DNA of 64,000 nucleotides from Heterodontus francisci. Its lineage: Eukaryota. The translations under genes were made by a program, and so were the position numbers. Position 1 is the first letter of the stretch, and each line of letters begins with the position of its first letter. The stretch covers positions 36,020,973-36,084,972 of the forward strand of contig NC_090389.1 of NCBI RefSeq assembly GCF_036365525.1. Direction: 5' to 3'. The notes beneath the pieces are model-generated. The model did no database searches and was not told the origin of the DNA. It saw only the letters and a program-made list of their open reading frames with translations. Below, piece after piece: positions 36,336 through 49,807 of the stretch.

Positions 36336-38497
36336 TTGGACTACAAGAAAGCCCCCAGCGAGTTAACATCCATAGCACTTAAAGCAGCCAGAAGCGCTGC
36401 ACAAAGAACAGCCAGGCGCTGCGCAAATGACTACTGGCAACACCTATGCAGTTGTATTCAGCTGGCCTCTGACACCGGAAACATCAGAGGAATGTATGAT
36501 GTCATTAAGAGAGCTTTTGGGCCAACCATCAGGAAGATCGCCCCCCTCAAGTCTAAATCAGGGGACACGATCACTGACCAACGCAAGCAAATGCACTGCT
36601 GGGTGGAGCACTACCTAGAACTGTACTCCAGGGAAAATGTTGTCACTGAGACCGCCATCAATGCAGCCCAGTCTCTGCCAGTCATGGATGAGCTGGATGA
36701 ACAGCCAACAAAATCGGAACTCAGTGATGCCATTAATTCTCGAGCCATTGGAAAAGCCCCTGGGAAGGACGGCATTACCCCTGAAATAATCAAGAGTGCC
36801 AAGCCTGCTATACTTTCAGCACTCCACGAACTGCTTTGCCTGTGTTGGGATGACAGAGCAGTACCACAGGACATGCGCAATGCCAATATCATCACCCACT
36901 ATAAGAACAAGGGTGACCGCGGTGACTGCAACAACTACTGTGGAATCTCCCTGCTCAGCATAGTGGGGAAAGTCTTCACTCGAGTCGTTTTAAACAGGCT
37001 CCAGAAGCTGGCTGAGCGTGTCTACCCTGAGACACAGTGTGGCTTTTGAGCAGAGATATCCACCATTGACATGCTGTTCTCCCTTCGCCAGCTACAGGAG
37101 AAATGCCACGAACTACAGATGCCCCTCTCGGTTGCTTTCATTGATCTCACCAAAGCCTTTGATCTCGTCAGCAGACGTGGTCTCTTCAAACTACTAGCAA
37201 ACATCGGATGTCCACCAAAACTACTAAGTATCATCACCTCATTCCATGACAATATGAAAGGCACAATTCAGCAGAGCGGCGCCTTATCAGACCCCTTTCC
37301 TATCCTGAGTGGTGTGAAACAGGACTGTGTTCTCGCACCTACACTGTTTGGAATCTTCTTCTCCCTGCTGCTCTCACATGCGTTCAAGTCTTCAGAAGAA
37401 GGAATTTTCTTCCACACAAGATCAGATGGCAGATTGTTCACCCTTGCCCGTCTAAGAGCGAAGACCAAAGTATGGAAGGTCCTCATCAGGGAACTCCTCT
37501 TTGCTGACGATGCTGCATTAATATTCCACACTGAAGAGTGTCTGCAGAGACTCATCAACAGGATTACGGCTGCCTGCAATGAATTTGGCCGAACCATCAG
37601 CCTCAAGAAAACAAACATCATGGTACAGGACGTCAGAAAAGCTCCATCCATCAACATCGGCGACCATGCTCTGGAAGTATTTCAAGAGTTCACCTACCTA
37701 GGCTCAACTATCACCAGTAACCTGTCTCTCGATGCAGAAATCAACAAGCGCATGGAAAAGGCGTCTGCTGCTATGTCCAGACTGGCCAAAAGAGTGTGGG
37801 AAAATGGCACACTGACACGGAACACAAAAGTCCGAGTGTATCAAGCCTGTGTCCTCAGTACCTTGCTCTACGGCAGTGAGGCCTGGACAATGTATGTCAG
37901 CCAAGAACAACGTCTCAATTCATTCCATCTTCGCTGCCTCCGGAGAATCCTTGGCATCAGGTGGCAAGACAGTATCTCCAACGCAGAAGTCCTCAAGGCG
38001 GCCAACATCCCCAGCATATATACCCTACTGAGACAGCGGGGCTTGAGATGGCTTGGCCATGTGACCCGCATGGAAGATGCAGGATCCCCAAGGACACATT
38101 GTACAGCGAGCTTGTCACTGGTATTAGACCCACCAGCCGTCCATGTCTCTGCTTTAAAGACGTCTGCAAACGCAACATGAAGTCCTGTGACATTGATCAC
38201 AAGTTGTGGGAAGCAGTGCCAGTGATCGCCAGAGCTGGCAGACAGCCATAAAGGCAGGGCTAAAGTGTGGCGAGTCGAAGAGACTTTGCAGTTGGCAGGA
38301 AAAAAGACAGAAGCGCAAGGGGAGAGCCAACTGTTTTACAGCTCCGACAACCAATTTTATCTGCAGCGCCTGTGGAAGAGTCTGTGACTCTAGAATTGAC
38401 CTTTATAGCCATTCCAGGCGCTGCTTCACAAACCACCTCCAGGCGCTTACCCATTGTCTCTCGAGACAAGGAGGCTGAAAAAGAAGAAGAAGAAGAG
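36336..38497 (+). mobile_element. 5'-truncated RTE-clade LINE
   Basis: GKAPGKDGI, KGDRGDCNNYCGISLLS, QCGF, FIDLTKAFD, GVKQDCVLAPTLF, LFADD, LLYGSEAW, C-terminal CSACGRVC...SH; (GAA)n tail; stop at 37047. Confidence 0.93.
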
Positions 38498-38640
38498 TAG
38501 TGAAATTCTGTCTAATAGATGCAGATCCAGAAGAAAAGAACCCATTCAAAGGGAGCAGTGGAGCCCTGAGGATCGGCCAATTGATTTAATTTTTAGGTCT
38601 TGAATTAAGTCAAGGAGTTTAAAATTCAAATTATTTATTG

Positions 38641-39538
38641 TGTTATGATCTGGTGAGAAAGAGGTCTAGGGTTCCCTTCCAGCCTTCACCTGGTCTTACT
38701 GTAACATGGTTTAATTTTAAACACACCATGTTTTTTTAGCCCCCCCTTGGTGAATCCTTGTTCACCACTTTCCAATTATAAGGCAAAGAAACCAGTACAA
38801 AGAGGCTTTCTTAGGTTTAAAGAAGAAAAGTTGAAATTTATTGAACTTAAACTCTAATTCAGTTAATGCCTATGGATACACGACGCGTCCAGGCTAGCGT
38901 GCATATGCGATACACACATGCTAATCAAGACAGAAAAGAGCAGAAGAAAAATAAAGTAGACAAGTTTGAGGCAATATCTGAAGAGTTTTTGTTGTGGTTC
39001 TTCGAGCTTACCGTAGGGTCGTTGATTGTAGGTAGATCTTGCTTTTCATTGGGGCCCAGTATTCTTCTTAAACCTTGTTCGCTGTAGGAGACTTTTCTCT
39101 CTTGGGATTCATGTGTCTTCAGTGGATTCAGAGGCTTGTGAGAAAGACATGGGAGCAGATAGGAGAGATCTTCTCCGTCCAGGAGCAAACTGCTTTCTGC
39201 CCAAAGTGTTTGTACAAATTCAAAAAACTCAGGTTGCCCAGCAGGTTAGTTATGTGACGAGTTGGTTTGACCATGTCCGTTTGTGTATTCGACCAGTCAA
39301 CCTGGAATGCGAGCTCCCCCACTTTCAACGTCTGTGATCAAAAGTCCATTGTGGGTTAAATGTGTCAGGGATGGCTGATTTATCCTTCCAAACACTGTCT
39401 GTTAATATGCAAATGTCTTTTCCAGCCACGGCTGATCTGTTTAACAAGTCCTTTCTTCTCTCCAGTAACAGTTTAAAGTCAATGTTCATGACAAAATTAA
39501 TGTGCCTCATTCTTGACAGGTGGGGGCCTCGCATGACA
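38641..39538 (-). mobile_element. Intact solo LTR (family 1), 898 bp
   Basis: TGTTATGA...CATGACA; TSD ATTG at 38637-38640 and 39539-39542. Confidence 0.92.
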
Positions 39539-41094
39539 ATTGGCATTGCAGTGCTGTGCAGTGATGATAGTTGTTCGAAATAAACAGGTGAAAGTATAAT
39601 AAAGATTAGAGTTACCTCACACATGAGGGCCTGAGACCATTTAAATGCATTTTTGAAGACTTGGTAAAATACAATTAAATCAAGCATGAGTTCATGTAAA
39701 AGCCTCTTTAACTCTTTACCACAACTTCTGATTCTGGAATCCAATGATTTTTAAGATAATTGCATTTTCTCTACATACACTGAGCCCTTCATATGCCAGA
39801 ACGCAGAGTCCTCTCCCTTCCTTATTGATCAATGGAAATTGACAGATTTGTAATAACTCCTATGGATGATTTTGAAAATTATATTTAAAGAATTTATTTT
39901 GCGGCTGAAAAGTCCCCATATTGAACCTCGCCAAGATTTTCAGTTGAATCCTTCAGATTTTTCTCTCTTGCTATCTAGGTGATTAATCTCAATACAAAAT
40001 GGATGTATTTCACTGTCTAAGAATAAACCACTGTACAATCTTAACATTCTGATCGGTGTACAACATATGTGAAGGCCTCTTTCAATTTCATCCATTAAAA
40101 TTCTGTTTGAGCCATCCTGGAAAAACACCAGCCTTAAAATGCTACAATTCAAAGATTCTCATCTGAACACTTGGCTTATTCATGAACAATTCCTTTGTCT
40201 ATACCAGCTATTTTAACCAATTAATGTTTAATCTAACATTTAGATTGTGTCACCAATCAGACTGGAAATATCAGACATGCTAAAAATAAATGACAGTTCC
40301 ATTGCAAATTGGAAATGTCATAAAGTTCAGAGTTTTTAATATCTGCTCTAATATTCTTTAATTCTAAGTGATAATGTGTCACAGTTTGACTCAATTTGTG
40401 TTCACAAATTTCTAATAAAATCTGAAGATCTTTACTGTGACCCTCAGCAGTTATGTTGGTGTTGGCAGGCATATTCAGATTTGTTCAAGTTGCTCACCTG
40501 CGAGAGTTGGTTAAGAAGTGGATCTTCCTGCAGCTGGAGTTAGCAAACCCCTAGGTTGGCATTGGGGTTGTTGCTGGCTGAATGGGACCCACACTTCTGG
40601 AACTTCATTGATACCAATATAAGAGGTTTTTTCGAGAGAAAGTATTGATAACAAGTCTATGAACTGGATTTGAATCTGGATCTCAAAAGAAGAACTAGCT
40701 ACCTCAGAATTAAAATCAAACCAAGCTGTTAACATTTAGCAGGATTTTCAGTCACAAGACAACTGCAGACCCAAGGCATCACCACAAGCTGGAAACATAA
40801 ACACAGTTAAAAGTAATAGCCTGTGTCCATCACATGGGTCAGGGGACAGCCTGTCCTGCTTTAATCTGCGGACAATGTTTTGTTACCACCGATGCAACTG
40901 CTCTGAGCCACTGATTTTCTTTCATCAGAGCAACTGATTCATGTCTTCTACCAACTGTGAGAAGAATGACACAGGCAGTTTGTCATGGTCCCTCACCTTC
41001 CACAATGATCCCACAAGCACTGAAAACTAGCTCACACTTGCATTATTGTGAAAATAGAGTGAAAACTGTCTTTCTGTGCCATGTAAAAATGGGA

Positions 41095-42583
41095 TGCTAT
41101 GGTCAGGTGGGCAATGGCGTGGCTGGTTTCCACTGTTCACCTCCCAACTGACCACAGTAACTGTTTTTTTTGTTACTAGTGTTTTAACCCCTTGTGTTTT
41201 ATTTACCAAATAAACAGACAGTGACAGGTTGTCTTGTAGTTTTAAAACAGCAGATTAACTATTTAACTAAATGGGTGGCACAGTGGCGCAGTGGTTAGCA
41301 CCGCAGCCTCACAGCTCCAGGGACCAGGGTTTGATTCTGGGTACTGCCTGTGCGGAGTTTGCAAGTTCTCCCTGTCCCCGTGTGGGTTTTCGCCGGGTGC
41401 TCTGGTTTCCTCCCACAGCCAAAGACTTGCAGGTGATAGGTAAATTGGCCGTTGTAAAATTGCCCCTGGTGTAGGTAGGCGGTAGGGAATATGGGAGTAC
41501 TGTCGGGTTAGTATAAATGGGAGGTTGTTGGTCGGCATAGACTCAGTGGGCCGAAGGTCCTGTTTCAGTGCTGTATCTCTAAAATAAAAAAAAAATAAAC
41601 AATACTCATTCCCTGAAAACGTTTGCAACACCACTCACACACGCATCCACTCTCGAGAAGATAGGTAGAAAAGTAAGTGGTGTTCAGAGTTCAGGTTGTA
41701 AAAGTTTGTTGTTTCAGGAATAACCTGTGGGATTACCTCAGGAGGTGAATTTTAAAGTTGCAGACCTGTTTGCTGGTTGTCTGGTAATCGTTGGGCTGTT
41801 GCAGTCTCCTGGCAGTTCATTTTGGGTTGAAGACAATTCTGAAGTCTTGGGTCAATTCTCACCTGTAAAAGAGTAATTTTTACAAAGGCACTTTCTTGTC
41901 TCTGCTGTAACTCGCTTCCAACTTGTCTCAGCAGGGTTCAACTGTATTGGCCGGAACCGATCGCGCACACGCTCTCTGGCTCTGTATTTCTCTGTGTGTG
42001 TGTGTGTGTGTATCTCTCTCCCTCTCTCTCTCTGCCTTGCTGGAAATCAAGATGGCTTTTTGTTGCACTGTGTGACTGAGGACAGACCAGACTGATGATG
42101 ATGTCTTTAGTCCTGTCCTGAAAAGACTTACCCCTTTGTTCCTCTCAACGATTATCTTTTAAGGTGAATTTTACAAGGGTTGGTTTTGCCCATGTGACTT
42201 GAGGTTTCATTGCTACCTGGGCTGTATAATACCTTGACGATGGCCCCATTCTGTGGAGATGAGAGTGGTTCGCACTCCATTGTAATGAAGGTTATTCGGA
42301 GTCAAGAAGTCTGAGCAAGGTCTTGTCTCATTGTTTTTGAGTATCGCTCACATCCAGGTGTGATTATCTGTCGCATTTCCATGCAGATAGGGCTTAATTG
42401 GTTTTCAGTCTTAATAGGCATGGATGTGGATTTGGGTTCAAGACATGCTGAGGGTCATCTGTCTTGTCCTCAATTTTGTTGACAGCACATATTTAAAAAT
42501 TGTTCTTTTAACAATTGTTCCAATTTTTTTATAACTCATTTTGGTTCTGTATTTTCATTGCTGCATTTTTCGTGAGTGTGACA
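41095..42583. mobile_element. Solo LTR (family 3) carrying a SINE insertion
   Basis: TG...CA termini; TSD GGGA at 41091-41094 and 42584-42587. Confidence 0.8.
41273..41597 (+). mobile_element. HE1-type tRNA-derived V-SINE
   Basis: A box tggcgcagtggttagc, B box ggtttgattct, V domain (ggagtttgca...ggtgctctggtttcctccca), CR1-derived tail and A-rich end. Confidence 0.9.
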
Positions 42584-42638
42584 GGGATTAAAATAGTTTT
42601 TTCTTATTTCTCTTACTTTGCTTTCCCTACTGTTCTCC

Positions 42639-43992
42639 TTAGAACATTAGAACATTACAGCGCAGTACAGGCCCTTCGGCCCTCGATGTTGCGCCGACCT
42701 GTGAAACCATCTGACCTACACTATTCCATTTTCATCCATATGTCTATCCAATGACCACTTCAATGCCCTTAAAGTTGGCGAGTCTACTACTGTTGCAGGC
42801 AGGGCGTTCCACGCCCCTACTACTCTCTGAGTAAAGAAACTACCTCTGACATCTGTCCTATATCTATCACCCCTCAACTTAAAGCTATGTCCCCTCGTGT
42901 TTGCCATCACCATCCGAGGAAAAAGACTCTCACTATCCACCCTATCTAACCCTCTGATTATCTTATATGTCTCTATTAAGTCACCTCTCCTCCTCCTTCT
43001 CTCCAACGAAAACAACCTCAAGTCCCTCAGCCTTTCCTCGTAAGACCTTCCCTCCATACCAGGCAACATCCTAGTAAATCTCCTCTGCACCCTTTCCAAA
43101 GCTTCCACATCCTTCCTATAATGCGGTGACCAGAACTGCACGCAATACTCCAGGTGCGGCCTCACCAGAGTTTTGTACAGCTGCAGCATGACCTCGTGGC
43201 TCCGAAACTCGATCCCCCTACTAATAAAAGCTAACACACCATATGCCTTCTTAACAGCCCTATTAACCTGGGTAGCAACTTTCAGGGATTTATGTACCTG
43301 GACACCAAGATCTCTCTGCTCATCTACACTACCAAGAATCTTCCCATTAGCCCAGTACTCTGCATTCCTGTTACTCCTTCCGAAGTGAATCACCTCACAC
43401 TTTTCCGCATTAAACTCCATTTGCCATCTCTCAGCCCAGCTCTGCAGCCTATCTATGTCCCTCTGTACCCTACAACATCCTTCGGCACTATCCACAACTC
43501 CACCGACCTTCGTGTCATCCGCAAATTTACTAACCCACCCTTCTACACCCTCATCCAGGTCATTTATAAAAATGACAAACAGCAGTGGCCCCAAAACAGA
43601 TCCTTGCGGTACACCACTAGTAACTAAACTCCAGGATGAACATTTGCCATCAACCACCACCCTCTGTCTTCTTTCAGCTAGCCCATTTCTGATCCAAAGC
43701 TCTAAATCACCTTCAACCCCATACTTCCGTATTTTCTGCAATAGCCTACCATGGGGAACCTTATCAAACGCCTTACTGAAATCCATATACACCACATCCA
43801 CTGCTTTACCCTCATCCACCTGTTTGTTCACCTTCTCGAAAAACTCAATAAGGTTTGTGAGGCACGACCTACCCGTCACAAAACCGTGCTGACTATCGCT
43901 AATGAACTTATTCTTTTCAAGATGATTATAAATCCTATCTCTTAGAACCTTTTCCAACATTTTACCCGCAACCGAAGTAAGGCTCACAGGTC
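42639..43992 (-). mobile_element. Young 5'-truncated CR1 (CR1-E) with an uninterrupted 423-codon RT frame (42716-43987)
   Basis: All RT motifs intact; (aacattag) tail; CpGs retained. Confidence 0.95.
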
Positions 43993-45577
43993 TTCTCTTT
44001 CTATCTCTTGCACACCATCTGGATGGAGCTCGTAATAGCTGAGGATTCCAGTTCTTCAGTGCACTCAGATGATCTCCTCTACTCTATGCTCTTTAGACTC
44101 TGTGGCTTACTTGAGATGACACAGTAAATACTTTTAGCAAATATTATCTGTAAGTAAGATCATCACATTTTGGACACAAAGTCAGGACTCAGGGGTTGGT
44201 GAGCATTTCTGGAGGAGGAAGCTGAAGTATCAGGTTCTGTGCAAGTGAGAGATGGACCGCAGCACTGGGACATAAGTGCATGGGAGAGGAGGTAGTGAGA
44301 TCAGGACTTAGGCAGGCAACCCTTCAGAAAGATTTCTATTGTGGCTGATGAAAGGTTCTCTGTGAACATGTCCAGACATATCTAACAGCACGGAATGCCA
44401 AAGATTATAAGCGGGAATGTTTTATGGTGCTGCTCTTCACTGAAAGAAATGGGACTCTTCATGAACAAGAAATCACCATCCTCAGACCAGAGGGATGAAA
44501 CTGTCATCTCATATGTGAGCCTTCCTCCCCTCTGTGGGAGATTTGGCAGACTTGGAGATCAGTGTACCTCTTTGGTTATTTAAGGTATCATAAACTAAGC
44601 AGACACTAATCAGCAGTGTGACAGCAGTGCCACAAAAAAATCACCTTGTAGTGTTTCATTTATCAAGCATTAAAAAAAAACACAATTGAGACCTAGGATT
44701 TCGACCTCTACAGCAATGCATCTGGGTTGCTTGAGCTTTCTGTAGCCACATGCCGCTTGCTATAAACAGAGTACAGAACACTGGCTCCTAATTCTATATT
44801 GAAGTGATAAAAGATCAAATGAAATAATGACTCCCACTCACATTATCATAACAAAGTCAAAATTCCTTCGACTTCAGCGCACCATTCAATATTCCTTCAC
44901 AAATCATGAGTGTCATTTATTTAAATTGCAGACAGGAAAATAACCCATAAAACTTGACATTCTCTTTTATTGCTATGAGCTGCAACCTTTCAGCGAATTT
45001 ATCTGCCTAATATTTTTATGTATGAATTGCTCAATGATGGTACCAATAAAATTGAAATATAATTTCCTTGTATTTTTATCTCCTATCTACTGTTTGTATT
45101 TTTCACTTAACCTTCAAGCATCATTATAATCATTACATTGAAGGAACCAAAGGTAATAAAAGTGTATTCATAGGTTAATGGAGCTGACTTTCTCAGGGTT
45201 ATAGCTGGAAATATCCATTGAATCAAAAAAGAGATGAGGAATAGTGTACAGAGCTCCATTCATGAGGGCTCCTCGCACAGAGGAGTGAGGATATATAAGT
45301 GTATTCGCATGATCCCCTGACCATTAATTTTAATGGGCTAAAGATCATAGGGAGCATGCCTGCAATTTCCCAATAGGCATTCCCAATTAGCAAGGTTCCA
45401 CACCTACAGCCTTCATTTAGAAAATTAGCTCTATGGTCTTTTTTATCATTATTTAAACATATTTTTTTGAAAGTCTTAATTGTATTCAATAGTTCTTATT
45501 CTTTTCACCTGCTCATGTTGTTTACAGTCCATTCCCATTTGATATCCATTCCTACACATTTTAATCGCTATTAGGCT

Positions 45578-47310
45578 TGTCATGAAGACCCCCACCTGCC
45601 AAGAATGATGCATATTAATTTCATCATATGAACATTAATTTTAAACTGTTGATGGAGGAAGAAATGACTTGTGAAACAGATCACCAGACCTTTGACTGAA
45701 GGATATTTGCACGCTAAGAGACGGTGCTTGTGGAGACAAAGCACTGCTCTCTGAATCCAATTAACCCAAATGGATTTTGATCACCAGACATTGAATATGT
45801 AAGGAAGCGCATTCCAGGGACTGCGAAGATGATACAATCCACAAACACAGGAGTGGTTAAGCCAGTTAGTCACATGACTGACTTGCTGGCCAACTTGGAG
45901 TTGAATTGTGCCACACAGAAAGGAACAGTCTAGTTTTTGCAACTGAAGCTGGAACAAGGAAGCCTCTCTCCTGGCTGTCTCTATCTCGCTTTCTCCCAAG
46001 CCACCAGACCCACAGAAGACACATAAACCTCAAGAGAGAAAATACTCCTACATCGAAACGAGTTGAAGCGTGAACTTGGCCCCAACAAATATCAGGACTT
46101 AGTGGCAACCAAAGACTTCACTTTGAACTCAAAGGACAGTAAATAACTAAGAGATATTGCCTTAAACTTTTTCCCTTTATTATTTTCTACTTTTTCTGTC
46201 TTTATCTGCGTGTGTATTATGACCAGGCGAGAAAGAGGTCTAGGGGTCCCTCTCACCCGCCACCTGGTCTTACTGTAACAGGGTTTTATTTTTAAACACA
46301 CTGTGTTTTGAGCTCCCCCTTAGTGCATCCTTATTCACTGCTTTCCAATTATAAGGTAAAGAAACTAGCACAAACAGGCTTTCTTAGGTTTAAAGAAGAA
46401 AAGTGAAATTTATTAAACTTAAGCTCAAATTCGGTTAACGCCTATGGATACATGATGTGCCCAGCTAGCATGCATACGCGATACACACACATAGATAGGG
46501 ACAGAAAAGAGCAGAAGAAATAAAGTGGAAAAGTTTGAGGCAATATCTGAAGAGTTTTTTGTTACAGGTCTTCGAGCTCACTGCATAGTCCTTGCTTTTC
46601 GGTAGATCTTGCTTTTCGTTAGGGCCCAGTATTCTTCTTAAACCTTGTTCACTGTAAGAAACTTTTATCTCTTGAGTTTCATGTGGCTTCAATGGATTTC
46701 AAAGCTGGTGAGAAAGAGATGGGAGCAGACAGGAGAGGCTCTTTTCAATCCAGGAGCCAAGAGCTTTCTGCCAGTTCAAACACTGTCTCTACAATTTAAA
46801 ACTCCCCAAGTTGGACAGCAGGGTAGTCATGTGACTGGTATAACCACTTCTGGCTTTGTGTATTGGGTGGGTCAGGGGATAGCTCCTTTGTTCCAACACT
46901 GTTAATATGCAAAAATGTCCTTCCAGCCAGGCGCCTACAATCCCTTGTTATAGGTCTTCTCTTCTTCCCAGCAACAATTTAAAATTTAATGTCCATGTGG
47001 CAAAATTAATGTGCCTCATTCTTGGCAGGTGGAGGCCTGCATGACAGTGTGTGTTTATCGCGTATGCGTGCTAGTGTGGTTGCATCGCATATTTGTAGTT
47101 GTTAACCAGATTGGAGTTTAAGATTAATAAACTTCCATCATGTTTAAACTAAGGAAACCTGTCTGATTTCTTTGTCTTACACATGGAGTAGTGAACAAGG
47201 ATTCACTGAGGGGGAGCTAAAACAGTGTTTCTAAAATTAAACCCTGTTACGGTTAAACCAGGCAAAGGCTGAGAGGGAACCCCTAGAAACCTTCTCACTT
47301 GGTCATAACA
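45578..47310 (+). mobile_element. Solo LTR (family 1), outer copy
   Basis: TGTCATGA...TCATAACA; TSD GGCT at 45574-45577 and 47311-47314; AATAAA near 47126. Confidence 0.9.
46215..47046 (-). mobile_element. Solo LTR (family 1), inner antiparallel copy
   Basis: tattatgaccagg...catgaca, colinear with 38641-39538; flanked by gtgtg on both sides (TSD length ambiguous in a GT repeat). Confidence 0.9.
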
Positions 47311-47589
47311 GGCTAAAAAACCATTATCCTCGCACATCGGTTAAGTGTAAGCATCCCCAATCAAGGCAGAATAAAGAGGATCTTTAAAATAACCGCGCTG
47401 AACAGCCAGACAAGCAGACAAAATTCTGTGGGCCTTGAGAATCAATGGGGTGTCTGAGCGCCCGTATGATTTTCCTGTGCCATTTTCCCATTTTTTTTTC
47501 AAGCAAGAAATAGTTGATGAGCACTTTAAAATCTCTCCCAGAACATACCGTGCCTATTGCTGTGGGTCAGGTGGAGTAAAAGAAACCTT

Positions 47590-47785
47590 GGCAGGATGTG
47601 AAAAGGAACAGGGAGTTCCCTTGAACAATGTTCCTCCTTCAGTCAAAACAGATTGGCTGGTCATTCATCCAATTGTCATCACTGGGATTTTGCTGTGCCC
47701 ACAATAGCTCCCATGTTCACCTACATAACACTCCACTTTAAAGTGATTCACTGTATGTGATGCTTTTAAATATTTTGAGAAACAT
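47590..47785 (+). mobile_element. Deu-SINE 3' fragment
   Basis: aacagggagttccc...acagattggctggtcattcatc...gggattttgctgtgc, homologous to 34155-34340. Confidence 0.55.
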
Positions 47786-49319
47786 TCTTTTAAGTGTTTT
47801 ACTTAATTTTCTTTTATTTAGATATGTCCACTTCTTAACAAGCTTTCTCCCCAAGAAATATGGTGTTCATTTTATTTAGGGCTGTAATTATCCAGCTGAT
47901 TATCAACTTTGCTGTTTATCAATTTTGTGTGATATCAAAAAAATCCAGCATATTTTCATGAGAGAAAACACTGAAAACCTATTTTCTCTTCACTGGCATT
48001 TTCAAGTTTTTCATGAGAGTCTAGACACTCAATAAAGATTAGCCTTTACTGGTATTCCTTTATTTGAGGTAATTGTTAGCACATTGAAATGTGGCTAGCC
48101 TCTCCTCCAATAGCATTGCTCTTTTTACCTGCATGTAACCTTGCACCTGCACTTCTCATATTGATGCAGGCCAATCAGCAGAAGTAAAAATTGAGTAAAT
48201 GAAAGCCATTGACAGGCATTGTTTATGTGGTACAGGATGATATTTACAACTCTGTCTAAATAGGCATTGTAGCTGTGGGAAACCAACGAAACACAGCATA
48301 TATAAACTGTACAGCTGGGAACACAGAGACCCAGTCAAGCATGGCTCAAAGATATCTCTTTTTGGCAAGTCACTGACCTGTTGCTATGCGATACACACTG
48401 TAAAACCTTGTTCTCAGCTCCCTTTAAGCTAGAAATCTGTTTCAAATCAGCATAGAATTGCACTGGAGAGCAATGTCAAAAATGTTTGTGTACATAATAA
48501 AGTATGTAACAAGAAAAGCTCGTTCAACCTATCAAATCAGTTCTTTCCATGGACCAAATACAGTTTCCTCTATTATGGTCCTTACTCAAATCACCCATGT
48601 GTCGTCTTCCACCCAATCCCATCAAAAGCTGAGCAAAACTCCAGACACTATACTAATAATCATTGACTAGTTGCTTTCTTTGGTAAAACATGTCCATGGA
48701 CACAGCAGCTCAGCAACCATCATGTTCTATGCAACATGCAATTGTACTTATTTGTACTTGTGTTTCAGTGTTCAATCCATTCCTAACCAGACATTCATTC
48801 AGCTCTTTTTGTAAACTATTTACAGAAATTAACTGTTTTACCTTGCATAATCTAACCCATATTGGAGTAAGACCAGTAAAGTTGTACAACTCCCTAAATC
48901 TAATCCTGCAGTGCTGAAACACAAATGCTTGGCACTTTATCATCCTCTTCTTAATAGTTTCTTCAAACTCAAACATTCTTTCATTCCCTACTTTGCCATA
49001 CCATGCCATGCATTATCATTTGTCGTTTCTATCATTACGGCTTTAGGCTAAACTGACCTTTATTTCTCGTAGCCTTTTGTGGTGATGAGACTCATGGGTA
49101 ATAACATCTCTGTAAACCTTTTGCATGAATATAGCTGAACATAATACTGTTTGCATGAATAAAGACAATGTAAAAACACCATTGGAAATGCTTACGATCA
49201 ACAGAAGATCCATAAAGGCACAAGGTAAATGCATAAAATGGGTGGCTAACTGCTAGCAGTCATGTAAGTCATGGAGGGAATTTGGTAAGGCATTACAGGT
49301 GGGAAGGGGGAGAGTCCAG

Positions 49320-49807
49320 GGGCTGAATTTTACCAGCCCTCCAAGGTCGGGGGTCATTGCAGGTGCACCTGTAAAATTCTTTGGTGAGAGGCCCGCCTTG
49401 ACCCCCAATGCCGAGAAGGCCCCACCGCATTTTACTGGCAACGGCAAGGCCTCGGTACGGCCTTCGGCCGCATGGCGGCGGAGCATTCATTTGCCGAATA
49501 AAATTAATGCATATACATGTTAATTAACTTAGATTGACTGGGCAGCCATCCCACGCCGATATTCCGGCTAGTGGCCGGAAGTCCTGCACCTTCAAATGCC
49601 CATTTGGGGATTCAAGGCGAGACACTGGTGGGGAGTGGGGAGGAGTTTAATTTTCAGGTGGGGGTGGGAAGCGGAGAAAACTTATTCCATTGGCTGAGGG
49701 GATGGTGGGAAGGGGTCGAAGGGCAAAGATCATAAAGTTTGGGGGTGAAAGGTCAGGACCGGCAAAAATGGTTTTTCGTGGGGGAAGAAGGAACACAAAA
49801 TCTGCCC
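49320..49807. mobile_element. Harbinger-type MITE or element end
   Basis: gggctgaattttac ... aaaatctgccc, the same TIR type as 1589-2334; GC- and CpG-rich. Confidence 0.6.

Noticed and set aside
41273-41345. tRNA gene
   Set aside because: A and B boxes belong to a SINE head that continues into the V domain and LINE tail; the same applies at 33958 and 54497.
43173-43945. Plus-strand ORFs repeated at 56433-57346
   Set aside because: Antisense shadows of the two near-identical CR1 RT frames.
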